A stretch of 64,000 nucleotides of DNA from Psilocybe cubensis (Eukaryota): positions 2,666,001 through 2,730,000 of the forward strand of contig CM039001.1 in the NCBI GenBank assembly GCA_017499595.2, read 5' to 3'. Made by a program: the position numbers and the translations under genes. The notes under the pieces are model-generated. The model searched no databases. It was not told where the DNA came from and was given only the letters and a program-made list of their open reading frames with translations. Shown piece by piece: positions 29,422-43,490 of the stretch. The stretch's first letter is position 1, and the number at the start of each line of letters is the position of its first letter.

Positions 29422-31371
29422 ATGGCCACCTCCGCAACCTCTGGCACCAATTCTACACCTAGATGGGGTAGGTCTGGCGAACCAGGAAGTGCTTTCAGTG
29501 GTCTAAGTAGGAATGGGCGCGGAAGAGGGCGTGGTGGAGCCAGATCAGGGCGCGGTGGAGGCAGCGGCCGTGGAGGTGAAGGTGGAGGTGGAGGTCCTTC
29601 TAGCAAGGATTCAAAGCCTGACGATGACCACAAGTCAAACCCAAAGACTGATACTCTCCAAGTTCCATCCTCGGCCGCCTCCAAACCTTCCGGATCATCG
29701 TCCCATTCAGCTTCCCCCTCTATCCCCGAAAAATCGATCACCTCTTCTCCTTCTTCCAAATCTGCAAAGCCACCTTCTCGGCGAGCGTCGCGGGCAATTC
29801 CTTCAGCTCTCACAACCCAGATACAACCTACAGACGTACCAGCTCCACCAGCTTCTGCAAAGCCGTCCCACAGTAATAGACGAAAACGGTCCCAAACTGG
29901 AAAGTCCAACTCTGTAATCCCACCGAAAATCAACCCTCCAGCACCAAATGATAACCTTCTTCGCCCTAACAAACCTCTTCTGGGTCCTGTACCTCATACT
30001 GCACCAGTTAAAGATGCCCCTCCCCATATGAGCCAAAAGCCAGACATTCGTAACGATATCGATGCCTTGGTCGAGCGTGTTAGAGCCGTCGCCATGGATC
30101 ACAACCGGCCTAGCACCCCAGGGAGCCACATAGATTGGGCTGGCGACGACGACGACAGCTTACCTGACTTGGATGATTGGGGTGTCAACCCGGCCACTTT
30201 CAAAGCCCAGAAAGCAGATGTTATCTCTCCCATCATCGTTGATGGTCTGAGGCCATTACCCGATCTCACTTCCCAATCAATCCCTAATAGTCCATTAAAA
30301 CAAGTTCAAAATATTGTGACAAATCAAGACCACCCCGCCAAAACAGAACCGGACAAAGTGAATACCGACCCGTCAACACAGGACGCCAGTGCTGATTCTG
30401 ATTCCCATTCAATATCCAAGGAGCCTGAAAAACCTGTTCTTCCCAAAGTCGTCGAGCCGGTAGCCAAAGAGAAACCCGCTTCACCAGTAATCTCGAACAC
30501 ATCAAAGACTGCTCCTAATAACATGATTTCCACCAGCAAAAAACCAATTCACCCATCCTTGCCGTCCAAACCTCTAGTTGCATCCTCGTACGTACCCCCC
30601 AAATTGCGGCCTGGAGCCACGCCTATGAGGAATACTCCATATCCTAGATCTCCTATCAATCCAACCTCTTCGGACAAGAAACCAGATTCGAAATCCGATG
30701 TCAACTCCACTATTTCGAAAGAGGCTCCACATGTTGAATCAGTCCCCGAGAAAGAGGTTCCTGCACCTGTTGAGCAGCTAGCAGCAAACGATGAACCAGT
30801 TGATAAACCTGCAACTCCCAAACCTCCAATAGCACCAGAACCCGAAGTCTGTGCACCTGCAGAACAACCCAAATCCTCGTCACCAGAACAGGCAAGTAAA
30901 GCCGGAAAGGCGGAGCCAGTTTTCGAGGGCCTTTCGGCTTCCATCCATGCACCCAAAGCCATGTCCGACTCTGTCTCCGCTCCTGCCAACATCTCTACCT
31001 ATCCTGACCTCCCTACTCCCAACACATCCCTGCACGGTTTCACACACACACGGGCTCATACTGTCGGTCGCCCTCCATCGTTCTCAAAATCACCACAGGG
31101 AGAATATATTCCGCGGTTCTCTCGTTCGGGTCACTCGACGCCTCGAGGAGGTGGTAGCGGAGGTGGAGGAGGATTCCATGACTCTTACCATAATCGAACG
31201 CATTCGACGCCACCTGCGGGCGCGATGGCAAACCACCTGCGCACACCTCCTTCTTCGCGGCCTGTCATTACTGGAGACGCGATTTCACGCCTGGCAAGGA
31301 CCATTGGAAGGACGGGGGCATCCTCGTCTTCGTCCTCAAAACCTCCACAATCCGTCCCCCTTGCAGAGTGA
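29422..31371 (+). CDS. Intronless disordered protein with N-terminal RGG box
   Basis: Long open frame; GRGRGRGGARSGRGGGSGRGG; P/S-rich; non-repetitive island IDALVERVRA..IDWAGDDDDSLPDLDDWG. Confidence 0.85.
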   Translation: MATSATSGTNSTPRWGRSGEPGSAFSGLSRNGRGRGRGGARSGRGGGSGRGGEGGGGGPSSKDSKPDDDHKSNPKTDTLQVPSSAASKPSGSSSHSASPSIPEKSITSSPSSKSAKPPSRRASRAIPSALTTQIQPTDVPAPPASAKPSHSNRRKRSQTGKSNSVIPPKINPPAPNDNLLRPNKPLLGPVPHTAPVKDAPPHMSQKPDIRNDIDALVERVRAVAMDHNRPSTPGSHIDWAGDDDDSLPDLDDWGVNPATFKAQKADVISPIIVDGLRPLPDLTSQSIPNSPLKQVQNIVTNQDHPAKTEPDKVNTDPSTQDASADSDSHSISKEPEKPVLPKVVEPVAKEKPASPVISNTSKTAPNNMISTSKKPIHPSLPSKPLVASSYVPPKLRPGATPMRNTPYPRSPINPTSSDKKPDSKSDVNSTISKEAPHVESVPEKEVPAPVEQLAANDEPVDKPATPKPPIAPEPEVCAPAEQPKSSSPEQASKAGKAEPVFEGLSASIHAPKAMSDSVSAPANISTYPDLPTPNTSLHGFTHTRAHTVGRPPSFSKSPQGEYIPRFSRSGHSTPRGGGSGGGGGFHDSYHNRTHSTPPAGAMANHLRTPPSSRPVITGDAISRLARTIGRTGASSSSSSKPPQSVPLAE

Positions 31372-31906
31372 TGTGCTCTTCTTCTTTGCGCGGACACGTG
31401 CATTTATCGCATCTTTTTCTCTATTTTCCCGCACGTACGATTGACCTGATCTTCTTTCAATTTTTCTTTCATTGTTTTCAACACATCGAACTGCTACTGA
31501 TATACCCCTTGGTAATTTCATTCCAATGTTTTTTTGGCTCATTTCAATCAATAATTTAACTGCGACGTTCTGGTTCTATAACTTCCAACCCACTGCTCTT
31601 CTTTTGGCTTCTTTGCTGCGTATATATGACCATTGCTTTCCGTCCTTTTTTGTACATACAACTTTCCCTCCTAACTGGAATTGGAACACAACATTTGACT
31701 CGACTGCTGTACTTACTTTTGATGCTTAGGAGGTTCTGATTCCCTGATTGTATTTCTTTCTAACAATAATACATGTTAATGTGAAGTAAAATGTGAATGA
31801 ACGTTCTCATATGGAGCTAAGTGAAATAGAATTAGTAAAATGCATCCATGCGAGTGCACCCAAGAATAAGAAAGAAAAATTAGATGAAAGGTGGTCTCTA
31901 TTATAC

Positions 31907-33475
31907 TTATTCTTCAGAGCTAAAAAACGCAACTTCGAGGCCTAGTGCTTTGATGGGCTTCGACCGACTTGAAAAATCTGACACTACTCCGAGACTAACC
32001 AACATATTCCGTAGTCTACCTTCCCACATAAGAGAGACGTCCTAGATTGAATGTAGAAATATTTAAAATCTGGAAAGATAATTATTCAGATAGTTCTTAC
32101 ATTATTGGTCGAAGCCCGTGCTTTTACAACGCCATGAACATCTGTTGAATGGATGGAAGGTGGTTCTTGGTAGGAAGCAGCAGTATCCAAACCATCCTCA
32201 TCTGATGGAGAAGTAGGCGGGCGCCTCAACCACCACTCCACACCCATAGCCCACTCACTTTCAAAGCTGTAGACATTAAAGTCGAACCGTGAAGATAATG
32301 CTAGGTCGCGGGATACACGCGCCGTGTATGCGCCAGACATGTGTCCTAGCATGGGGTTGAAGAGGGCAGTTATGGTCGTAGGAGGCTGAGAGGGCGGTGC
32401 ACGGGGTGTGTTCGTTGATGTATCGGTGTTGGGGCCAGTAACGGGTACCTGGAACGATGGAGGGGTTGCGTCGGGTAATGTCGTGAAGCGAATGCCCGTA
32501 GATACTAACACGCCCTCGCAATAAGCCTCATTGAATGGTTACAAATCGATATCAGGACATACCGCCAGCACTTCGCTCCTTTGCACTGAAGTAAATTTCA
32601 GCACCGACAGATACTCTGCCTTTGAGTCCGCCTTCGACCGCATCCTCTTCATCCACGCGCTTCATGCCCCGTCTCTTGGCAATAACCTCATCCGATGGTG
32701 ATTCGGTCGACAGGCCTAGCTTTCCAAAATTATGCAGCATCCTGATACCCCACATCTCGTCCTCTGCACTCCATGTATATTCGGTGCACCATTTCCCGAC
32801 ATCATGCTGCACGTTGATCATAACATTACTTAAATCCGCACGTGGCCCCCGCAGCTCTGGATACTCACTCGAGGGAGGATCCGATATGGCAGAGATAGAT
32901 GCTTGTATTGTCGGGGAGAGTCTCGTTGAATATAGTGCGTCAAGCCGTCCAGTCGGCAGAAAAAAGCGGCCATACAGTAAGTAATCTGCCATGCCGCCCA
33001 TCGTCAGTCGACCGCCGCATCGAAGTTGAAAGTTTAAAGATATTCACCTCGAGTCGCTACATTTTCTCCTGCAAGCCATTCTTCTGCTTTTGGTTCTGGC
33101 CTCCGTGGTTGGTCATACACTTTGAAGCGTTCTATCATGTCCTTAAATCGGACATTTCCTGAGGACTTTACGTTAAGATCGCAGGAGGTGAATATGTACC
33201 CAACAGAGCCCTGCAGGGAAGGCATAGCCGTCATGGCATATGTTGTTTTGAAGAGGGCGTTAGGCGCTTTGGAAACAGAGAAATGAAGTCCATGAGGAAC
33301 TGAGAAATCTAACAGAGCTAGACAAAATGTCACAAATTATAATAAAAAAGAATAACCGTTGAACCCGGGAAGACATACCACTCGAGGAACGTGTTATATT
33401 GGCATAGAGGTTATCTTCGTTCCATCCTGTGGCTTTGTAGTAGCTGCGTAACACGTACGAAGCAAAGGGGTGCAT
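31907..33475 (-). CDS. MDM10: Mitochondrial outer membrane ERMES/SAM subunit Mdm10
   Basis: YYKATGWNEDNLY, LDFSVPHGL, LLYGRFFLP, SVGAEIYFS, NPMLGHMS, SRFDFNVYSFESE. Confidence 0.95.
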
Positions 33476-34311
33476 GAGATGGGTGGTGGTCAAGACGTGG
33501 AATTACCCATTATGGAAATGATTAGAAAATAGGCACACGCGCGGACTTGGCATATCAATGCAACTCCAATTCTACTTAGGCTTGAAGCTTGGACGAACCA
33601 TCACAAACCGCTAAACCTCAACAAAACTAGTTCCGTAGTTTTGAGGTAAGGCACACCACGTCTTCCCTTTTGATTTTTTACTCCTTGCAGGACCCGTAGT
33701 ACTGGTATACATAGTACCTAGTACCCGCTGTAGACTATTAAATCGCTACAGAAGTATTTTTGGTCCTATACTATTCTGATTTCCTAGGGGAAAACGGAAG
33801 ATAAAGTTACTTACTCTTTTAACCATTACATTACTAGAATGAGATGTCAGGGTATATGCCAGTGATAAAATCATGTCTGCTGCCACACTTACATGCTGAG
33901 CCCCGTAGTCTCGAAGGCTCCCTCGGCGAGAATATACGGAGATCCAGGCATATATAAGGGGCCATACCCAAGAGAAATGCAATTGGAGCTTTAAGCTTTA
34001 AATTAACTTTTCGGAGAGAGTGTAAGACAAATATTCTCGAAACGGAAACGGTGTTGCCTAATCCGGTGACAAGAGATAAAAACACATTGCTGGACAATCT
34101 CAGAGCATATATTGTGAGATGGGATTTGTCACCACCAAATTATCTTAGGATAGTGGCGGTTATAAATATGTATAACATCGATACGGTACATCCAAGCCGT
34201 GTGTTTTAAGAATAAGTTGTGAAAATGCAAAAGGTGAATAGTTATGACCAAATTTTAAAAAAGAAACGTAGATGTTGGAATGAAAGGTTGTAGAAAACCA
34301 AAACAAGATAA

Positions 34312-35867
34312 TCATGACGGCGCGCGCAAAAATGCATCCAGTTCATCATCTAGCTCTTGCTGAGTTTTCTTTGGACGCTCCCCTAAACGTTGACCTCGCG
34401 ACTGCTTGCCGGTATGTTTACCCTCCCTCTCTCGTTCCCTTCGTCTGTGACTACGGCGTCTTTCTCTGTCTCCTGACAAATCATTCGATGCTCCATAGAT
34501 ACGAATCTCGCCACGCCGACGATCACCCTTTGTTGAATCAGAGGTGCCGGGTCCCCATTCCAATTTTTCGGTCGTTTGTGGTTGTAGCCTGTCGCTCAGA
34601 CTCTCCAATGTTTTAGGATCGAGGGTGTCATATTCGTTTCTGTCTCCAACTCCTCGCCGGCCCCGACCGCGGCGACGTAAAGGTATTGTCAGTCGCGTAG
34701 CTAAGGTAGGACTTTCCTCATCTTCGTCAAATCCGGATTTGTGAACACGAATGAGAGAAGTGCGCTCGAGCAATGTTCGCCCGTCACCACTTATGTAGTC
34801 TGACCGCATTTTTGAAGTATCTTTGAGAATGTAGTCTGAACGCATCTTCGACGGAGGAGATGGCGGTAAATCCTCAACTTCGATAGATTCAGAGTCCATC
34901 TCTCCCTGCCTCTCGTCATTGCTGTTGTCTTCGGCCAGGAACCTATCAAGTTCGTCATCTAACTCTGCCCGCCGAGCGTCGTCATCCCGGTAGTCATCGT
35001 GTCTTCTTCGTTTTGGTGGTGGTAAATCGCGCCCATTGAACAGCTCTTTTCCAGCCATAGACCCATGCCGCTTGTAAAACTTACTTTCTCTCATCGCATT
35101 CTTTTTCTTCACGTCATCGCGCTTTGCCCAGCGCATTCGTATGGGTCCTTTGAGACCCTGGCCCTGACCAAGCGTCTCGTTGATGCGCTCTTCGGGAGGC
35201 CACAAAACAACAGGCAATGGTCGGGCAGTTGTACAGTCATCTTCTTCGGGCTCTTCCGAGGCTGACTTTTGCAACCGGGTGAAGGCTTCGAGAGCTTCTC
35301 TGCGAGATTTGAAGACAAGGACACAGGTATTGTCGTCGACCCATTCGAGACCCATGGGGTGAGCATCAAAGTGTGTTGCATATGCGAAGATACGCGCAGT
35401 CGGGAGATGCTCTATTGGCGAGCCGCGCAGGAGGAGCGCGTTGGTGCGGTACACAGGGTCTGAGTGATGAAAGGTTAGATTATTTTAGATATTCTGAATA
35501 AGTTTAACGTGCCTTGGTCCATGTCCTCGTCCATATCCGCCTGTTCCTCCTCATCGTCATCGTGTTTCCTCTTTGAAAGACCAGAAGTAATAGAAAAAAG
35601 CCAACCAGCTCGGAAATTAGGATCCTGCTTTTCACGTACTGTCCCCGAAGAGACATAAGAGGGCTACCAGCGCACCTTGCCATTGACGGGCCTGTTGGTC
35701 GCTGATGATTCTGATAGTAGGTACACCTTGCTTCTGCTGATGCGGTTCGCCAATGAGGAAGCGGCAATCTCAGCTTCTGTCGGTAGTTGTGCCTCATAAG
35801 CGACATCCTCATCATATGAAAGGGTAGAAATATCTTGGGGAGGGATTCCGTCAGGAGTATTGTCCAT
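34312..35867 (-). CDS. NCBP3/DUF2414-like RRM-type protein, 3 exons
   Basis: NALLLRG..HLPTARIFAY..GLEWVDDNTCVLVF and RMRWAK.DDVKK resemble the NCBP3 domain; charged R/D tail. Confidence 0.8.
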
Positions 35868-36047
35868 GATTGCAGAATTCAAAAAAGAAAAGGTATGTTG
35901 TAGAATGTGGTTTATGACAACTCTATACGACAGGGCCTGGCCCACAAGAGAGTCATGATTATATAATCATCAGTTCAGCCAATTGCAACCTCGTTTCACA
36001 ATTTGACTTTATTCCTTCTTTATTCTTTCCCTTCACTTTATTACCAA

Positions 36048-37686
<1,639 letters not shown>

Positions 37687-38074
37687 TGAGCCACTGGGGT
37701 ATGGTTGTGTTTTTATCTTTGTAACATTACATACAGGGTACACGGCATTGGATTATGCAAACTTGATCTCACCTGCTTCATGCTCGCCGCAGAGTAGAAC
37801 AAATTGACATGTCTTCATGAAGCTCGACAACTAACAGTGAATTCGTTTTGTTGTTACCCAGAACTAAAAAACCACAATTGAATAAAAATTTTACATTCAA
37901 ATAATCTGCAATCTGAACAGATATTAGAACTTCTTCGGACCAAAGTGATATACTTGAATACCGCCGAGATCGCTTATTTATGTGTTTGATGAGACATACC
38001 GTAATCTTGATAGGTGCGTACCTACTTGAACACAGTACAAGTTTCTCTGTTACCCTTCGAAGCCGTCATTCAAA

Positions 38075-39554
38075 ATGCCCGATGAAAAGGAAACTTTGGC
38101 AGATTCTTCAACTGCCAATACTACTACCGCATCAGTACCAGCATCACAAGATGCGCCTCCAGCCTACGAGAGCCTCAATCTTGCAGCTTCAAATAGTAAC
38201 ATCGGTCAAGACACCTGGAGGCGCGGGAGCTCTCTTACTCAACAACCTATCAGCCTTCCGACTGCTCCCAATAATGTAACCACACCAACACCATTCCGAC
38301 CCCCGTCATCGACGCAGAGGGGCCACACACGAACGCTTAGCTCATCTTCTACAAAGTCCACAACCAGCCTAAAGACGAAGAAGAGCTGGTTCAACTTCAA
38401 ATCGTCGTCTTCATCTACACAGTCATCGTCGCGAACTATCGGAGAAGTAAGATCTACGGTGTGTGGGCTGGTACGCAATCTTGTCGTGGGCCCGCAGGAA
38501 CAACAATTCAGTGCAGACTCCCTCTCCCCTGCTGCCCAAGGCATCCTGCAGAGTTGTGCCGAGGCATGCACGACGCATTCCATGTCACTCTCCACGATCC
38601 TGCAGGAGAAGTTCGTGGAGAGTCATTCTCCACTTTACTGGGCTATCGTGAAACGACCGGTAAGGCCACACAATAGCAGGAGTACGGCGCAGACCACTGT
38701 AAGCCTTCTCGATCGAGAAGAAGTGGAAGAGTCTGATGGAGGAACAGAACCATCCGACTTGTTAGGAGCCTTGTTATCGCATGCAAAACCACTAGAGGCC
38801 AGTACCATTGCCGAGATGAGGTTAGCATGCCTGGCGACGTCGGACCAAAAGACTTTCCAACGGCTTCACCTAGCCATCCCAGAGTTCTCTTCTATTCCGG
38901 GGGCTGATCAGATTTTGTTGGGCGCCAGACATCCTACAGACTTTATCACAGTTGAAATTGGAGATGGCACTGAGGGAGCATTTACTGCAACTATGCAGAT
39001 ACCTCAATTTCACAAAAGGATGATGGTTTCTCGCGAAATTGGGCTTGAATTCGTTGCGCGCAGTACGTTCTCGATCTCGTGTCAGATGAAATGATCAATT
39101 TACGATATGTTTTCATCCAGATAGGCTGTGGCGCTTCTCGTTCCTAATAACACCCGATAATGTATGGTATGGGCCTCCTCCTGGGACCTGGTGTGTGTCG
39201 ATATCACTACAGGAGCCTAGTCCTCCTACGTGGCTAGATGCACATCTAGTCATTGACACGACCACCATTGGCCATGTATCAGACGAAGCATCCACAGCGC
39301 TTCGTGTAAAATCCAAACAGATGATGGAAGCGCCGCGTAACGGTCTTCCCGCTACGCAAACAGTTGTTTCACTGGATGAGAACCCTGCATTCACCAGTCT
39401 CCAATATTCGTAAGTTATAATTCTGCTTTAATTTGGTATCAATGTTGGTATGCTGACCCTTGCGTGCAGGGGGAGCTCATATATCCCCGACGACGAGATT
39501 TTGAGAGTAAAGCTACGAGCCAAGCTACGAAAGCCTGCCCAGGACATCGATTAA
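38075..39554 (+). CDS. Hypothetical protein, 3 exons, N-terminal PPAY motif
   Basis: 339-codon first exon, then two canonical introns keeping frame (EFVAR|NRLWRFSF...QYS|GSSYIPDDE...DID*). Confidence 0.8.
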
Positions 39555-40689
39555 TAATGTGCATTTTTTCGTTGCATAGAGGAGAGTTGGTGATGTGGGC
39601 AAGCGGGAATTGCATATCTATGTTACTTTATGATTCACAGGGACGTTTATTCATTGAATCTTTGGTATTTATCTGCGCAACTAGGCTTCAGTTGCACCAC
39701 TACTGAATGCATATAAGTTTACAGGGTATATCGGAATCAAGGCAGATATATGCCAAATAAAACTACGCGTTTAAAGTACCTCCATGATGTTTAAATATTC
39801 ACCGCGCAAGAACTGATTGTCATTGATTCCTTTTTTTAACCGAATCAGAATGTTCATATTTATGACTGCTTTGAACGGACTCGATGGTGGATATTCGATT
39901 TGTGTTTATTCGATTTTACAACAATAACGTGGAGAAATATATGACACTCCTTGTTGGACATGCTTCTCAGCAGTGCGCCGCTACTTCCGTAAAACTTTCA
40001 GCATCAAGGGACTATGACGTGCCAAAACTCGGCTGCCTAAGATTACCTTTTAATCACCGAAATGGGACGCAAATCCCAAGCCTCAAGGGTGCGTGATCTG
40101 TCTACTAAGTACCAAATCATCAGCTTCTGCTATACTATAGAGCAGGGAGATGTTGAGAAATACTTGGGGAATTGTTTATTAGGTCCATGCCGCGGAAAGT
40201 TGCCGCTCCGCATCTAGTATTTGCACCGCTTGTGTCTGGACTACAGTACTTCAAAAATACCGGCGGGAGTACACCGAGGAAATCTAAACAGGACCGACAA
40301 GGCACGCGGGAGCTTCTTTTCAAAAACTCCACTTTCGCCTCTGGAAACCTGGATCCTTATTCCAAATGGAGGTTTTTGTATATGTTGCTTCTTTTGCTGG
40401 CTTTATCCTGAGTCTAAACATATCTCTATCTCGGAGGATACAGTGGTGCTTTAGAATATCATCATCATCCCGATTCCGAGGGGAAGCAAGTAGAATCATA
40501 CTCCCTGCTTCATGAAAAATGACTGATGCCAGATACTACATATATAACTTACTCACAATTTTAATGGTCAACACATCAATACATCAAGGGTTCTTCTTGT
40601 GCCGGAAACATTTAATTGCCTAGATGCGTAAAATTTCCATACTAGTATTGAAACTGCATCGACGAGGATGCTTAATCCCTGTCTCAGAA

Positions 40690-41715
40690 TCTATTACGTC
40701 CGTACATCATGGAGATTGCCTTCGATAATGACAAGGGTAAAAAAATCATCCCGCCTTTTCAAATAACCTAAACACCACATGCCTATGCTCACACCCTTGG
40801 TGGAACCGTCTCCCAAACCCTACATTCATATCCTTAGTTCCCTCAGAAAACCCCGAGACCTTTTTCAAGTTGTCTATAAAGAGAAGGCCAGTACTAGGAC
40901 CGCGGCCAGTATTCCCCCACCAAAGCCATCTCACATTTGCCACAGAATCTTTGCTCAGACACAAGAGAAATGGCAGTCATAGTTTTTAATACTGAGACCT
41001 GCTGTCATGCTCACTTGTGGATATGAACGACAGCAAATGTCCAAACAAGATTATTTAGATACGATGAACACGTTTCGGCGCACCTATGCTGGAAACTGGG
41101 CGCGTATATTCGACCACTTAGAAGATATATAAAAGGCTGACACCGTAAATTGACTGCAGATGATATTGTATTGCTGAGGTCTGGTATGTGGTAGACCCCA
41201 GCATCAATACAAACTGCGTCAATGTTGGTCAGATATAGTCGGTCTATATGTTCTGCCTTATGCACTTCTTCTCACTGACGAGCCAATTGCAGAATGACCA
41301 CGCAACAGTTCTGAACGTTTTATCGATGACCTCGGACGCTGTCCTTTCCGCAAAAACTCGGAGGCCGCGCGTTTTCCACTGAGTACCGTTTACTAACGAC
41401 GACCTCTTATCGTTGCTCTTCACTGTTATGTCTATCAAGGTGATAGATGTGGTGGTGGCTACTCAGTATGTCGATGGTTCATATCAAGCGGTTCCGAGGA
41501 TATCTCCAACTCTACAACCTCCCCAGGAGCACCGGATACAATGCTAAGATCCCATGGAGATGCATCCACATCTGCGCAATCTCATAGCAATCCTGGCTAG
41601 TGAACCCCGAGCTTGGGCTTTTAATCGGTGGATTTCGGACGATTGGGCAACCCTGAACATCTTGTACTCTTGGTAGGCCAGGAGAGACGCATCGCTTTCG
41701 GCGTTCTCACTATGA
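40690..41715 (+). pseudogene. Possible decayed gene relic
   Basis: Protein-like runs interrupted by isolated stops (QDYLDTMNTFRRTYAGNWARIFDHLEDI*, HPHLRNLIAILASEPRAWAFNRWISDDWATLNILYSW*); no family recognised. Confidence 0.25.
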
Positions 41716-42128
41716 CACAGTGGTGAGACGTCTTGACCATGAATGTCCTGCCGTTGACGTGAGACACCAAGCCTAGTGGTGGGCCTTTTCATCATGTTTC
41801 GCAGCAAAGGCGTAGGTAGCTCAGTGGGAAGCTCGTCATCAAAACCATAGACATGAATTGACTGGCGCAGGTACTGTGATTGCTACCTCATTTCCTAAGC
41901 TAGGGGAGTTATGGGAAATATTACTAGTTGTGTGAGTTGCATGGTCTTTCCCGTTGTAGTGACCATAAAAATTTTACGTGGCCGACCGTGTCGGACTGTT
42001 GTCGAAGAGATCGATGGGAGTTCGCACTTCATAGTGGATCGAGTATGCGGGTTGCCTTTGAACAAACCAAATTTAAGATGGAAGGTATGATTTGTGAATC
42101 TTGTGACGGCCTGGGAGGTACGCCAGAA

Positions 42129-42971
42129 TCAAAGTGGCGAAATCCATGAGAAAAGACCAGACTCTGCTAATTCCTTAGCCCTCTTTGCAGCTTCCTCCTC
42201 CCGGCGGATTTTCGCCCTCGCATTTTCTTCTTCTTTGCGCTTCCTCCGGAGGGCTTGCTTTTCGTGTCTTTCAGAAATATCGTGTGCAACTTCTTCGACC
42301 TCGTGTTGAGTTAGTAATTGGAGCTTCGCCTTCTTTACGGTGCTTTGAAGATAGACCTTGAGGATTCCATTATTGAAGTCTCGCTCTCGCCACTCAATGC
42401 CGACATCGATCACTTTATTTACTGCCTCATCTGCCTTCGCTATCATCGCCGGGTATGGCGGGTTGCGAACCCGGGGCTTGGGGTTGAAAACTATTGTCAT
42501 GCGCACATCGCCTTTCAAGAGCTCGTCGCGAATCTTTCCAACTTTCATGTCGAAATCAGCTCCAGCAGTGTGCCATGACATGTGTGCTTCCTTAATAACA
42601 AGCTGTCTCTTGCTTCCTACTGCCTTCTTCTGCGCCTTGGATTCGAGCTTCCTGGCCAGGTCTTCAGCATATGTGAATTTGCGTACGATAGGAGGATCGT
42701 GTGCAATGAGACGCAGAACGTGAGTGTTTAAATCCATAGACTCCAGTATTTTAGAAAGCTTCTGCGCGTGATGTAAGGTTCCATCGGCGTCTTTGAGCTG
42801 GACAACGTCGTAAGGGATTTGGTTGTTCTTGGGGTGAGCGCGGTTCGCTACGCTGATGTTTCGGATAGAAGTTGACCACAGGGAGGTGTACACGAGTTTT
42901 GGAAGTTTACGTGCATCTGAAGGGCGCAGCAAAGCTGCAGCTGCCTTTCTGAAAGCGATAAACGTACTCAT
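42129..42971 (-). CDS. Mitochondrial translation initiation factor IF3-like, intronless
   Basis: Presequence, PKNNQIPYDVVQL, HDPPIVR, IF3-C-like KEAHMSW..ADFDMKVGKIRDELLKGD. Confidence 0.8.
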   Translation of the reverse strand: MSTFIAFRKAAAALLRPSDARKLPKLVYTSLWSTSIRNISVANRAHPKNNQIPYDVVQLKDADGTLHHAQKLSKILESMDLNTHVLRLIAHDPPIVRKFTYAEDLARKLESKAQKKAVGSKRQLVIKEAHMSWHTAGADFDMKVGKIRDELLKGDVRMTIVFNPKPRVRNPPYPAMIAKADEAVNKVIDVGIEWRERDFNNGILKVYLQSTVKKAKLQLLTQHEVEEVAHDISERHEKQALRRKRKEEENARAKIRREEEAAKRAKELAESGLFSWISPL

Positions 42972-43490
42972 CTGGAGTGGTGGATGAGTTTCAAATGTGT
43001 GTTGTAGTTGGCCAACTAACAACTGAAAACGGAACCATTTCCTTTTAAACAATCGTGGGAATAAATACGCGTTGACCTATCAGTACTTCTTGAAAACTCG
43101 ATGATTGTATCTCCCGGGCACGGAGTCGTCGCTGGCAGGGTCTGAATCTCCTTTGGATAGGCAACCTCCCTTTGTTACCCCATCTTGGTCTCAACCATAC
43201 CTCTGTGGCATCTCTTGTAGCTATTATTTAATTGGCCAGCCATAAAGTTGAGCTGACTCGATATCGGATACTATATGTCTCAACTATGGTGACTCTTCTG
43301 GAAATTCTCTGTCATAGCAATCTATCTTCTGCTTTGTTTTAGACGAGGTAGTGCCTGGCTTTAGAGCAGAGATGCATGCAAATTAACCAGAATGTTCTTC
43401 CCTGTTTTTCCACGAACTTGGCCACGTGTTGCAAACAAACCGCAGCTGGTGCATTACTTGACTGGACGAGGGAAAGTGTTCTTTAGATAG

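Noticed and set aside
29385-30992. Minus-strand ORFs of 195 and 147 aa
   Set aside because: Antisense shadows of the P/S-rich RGG gene
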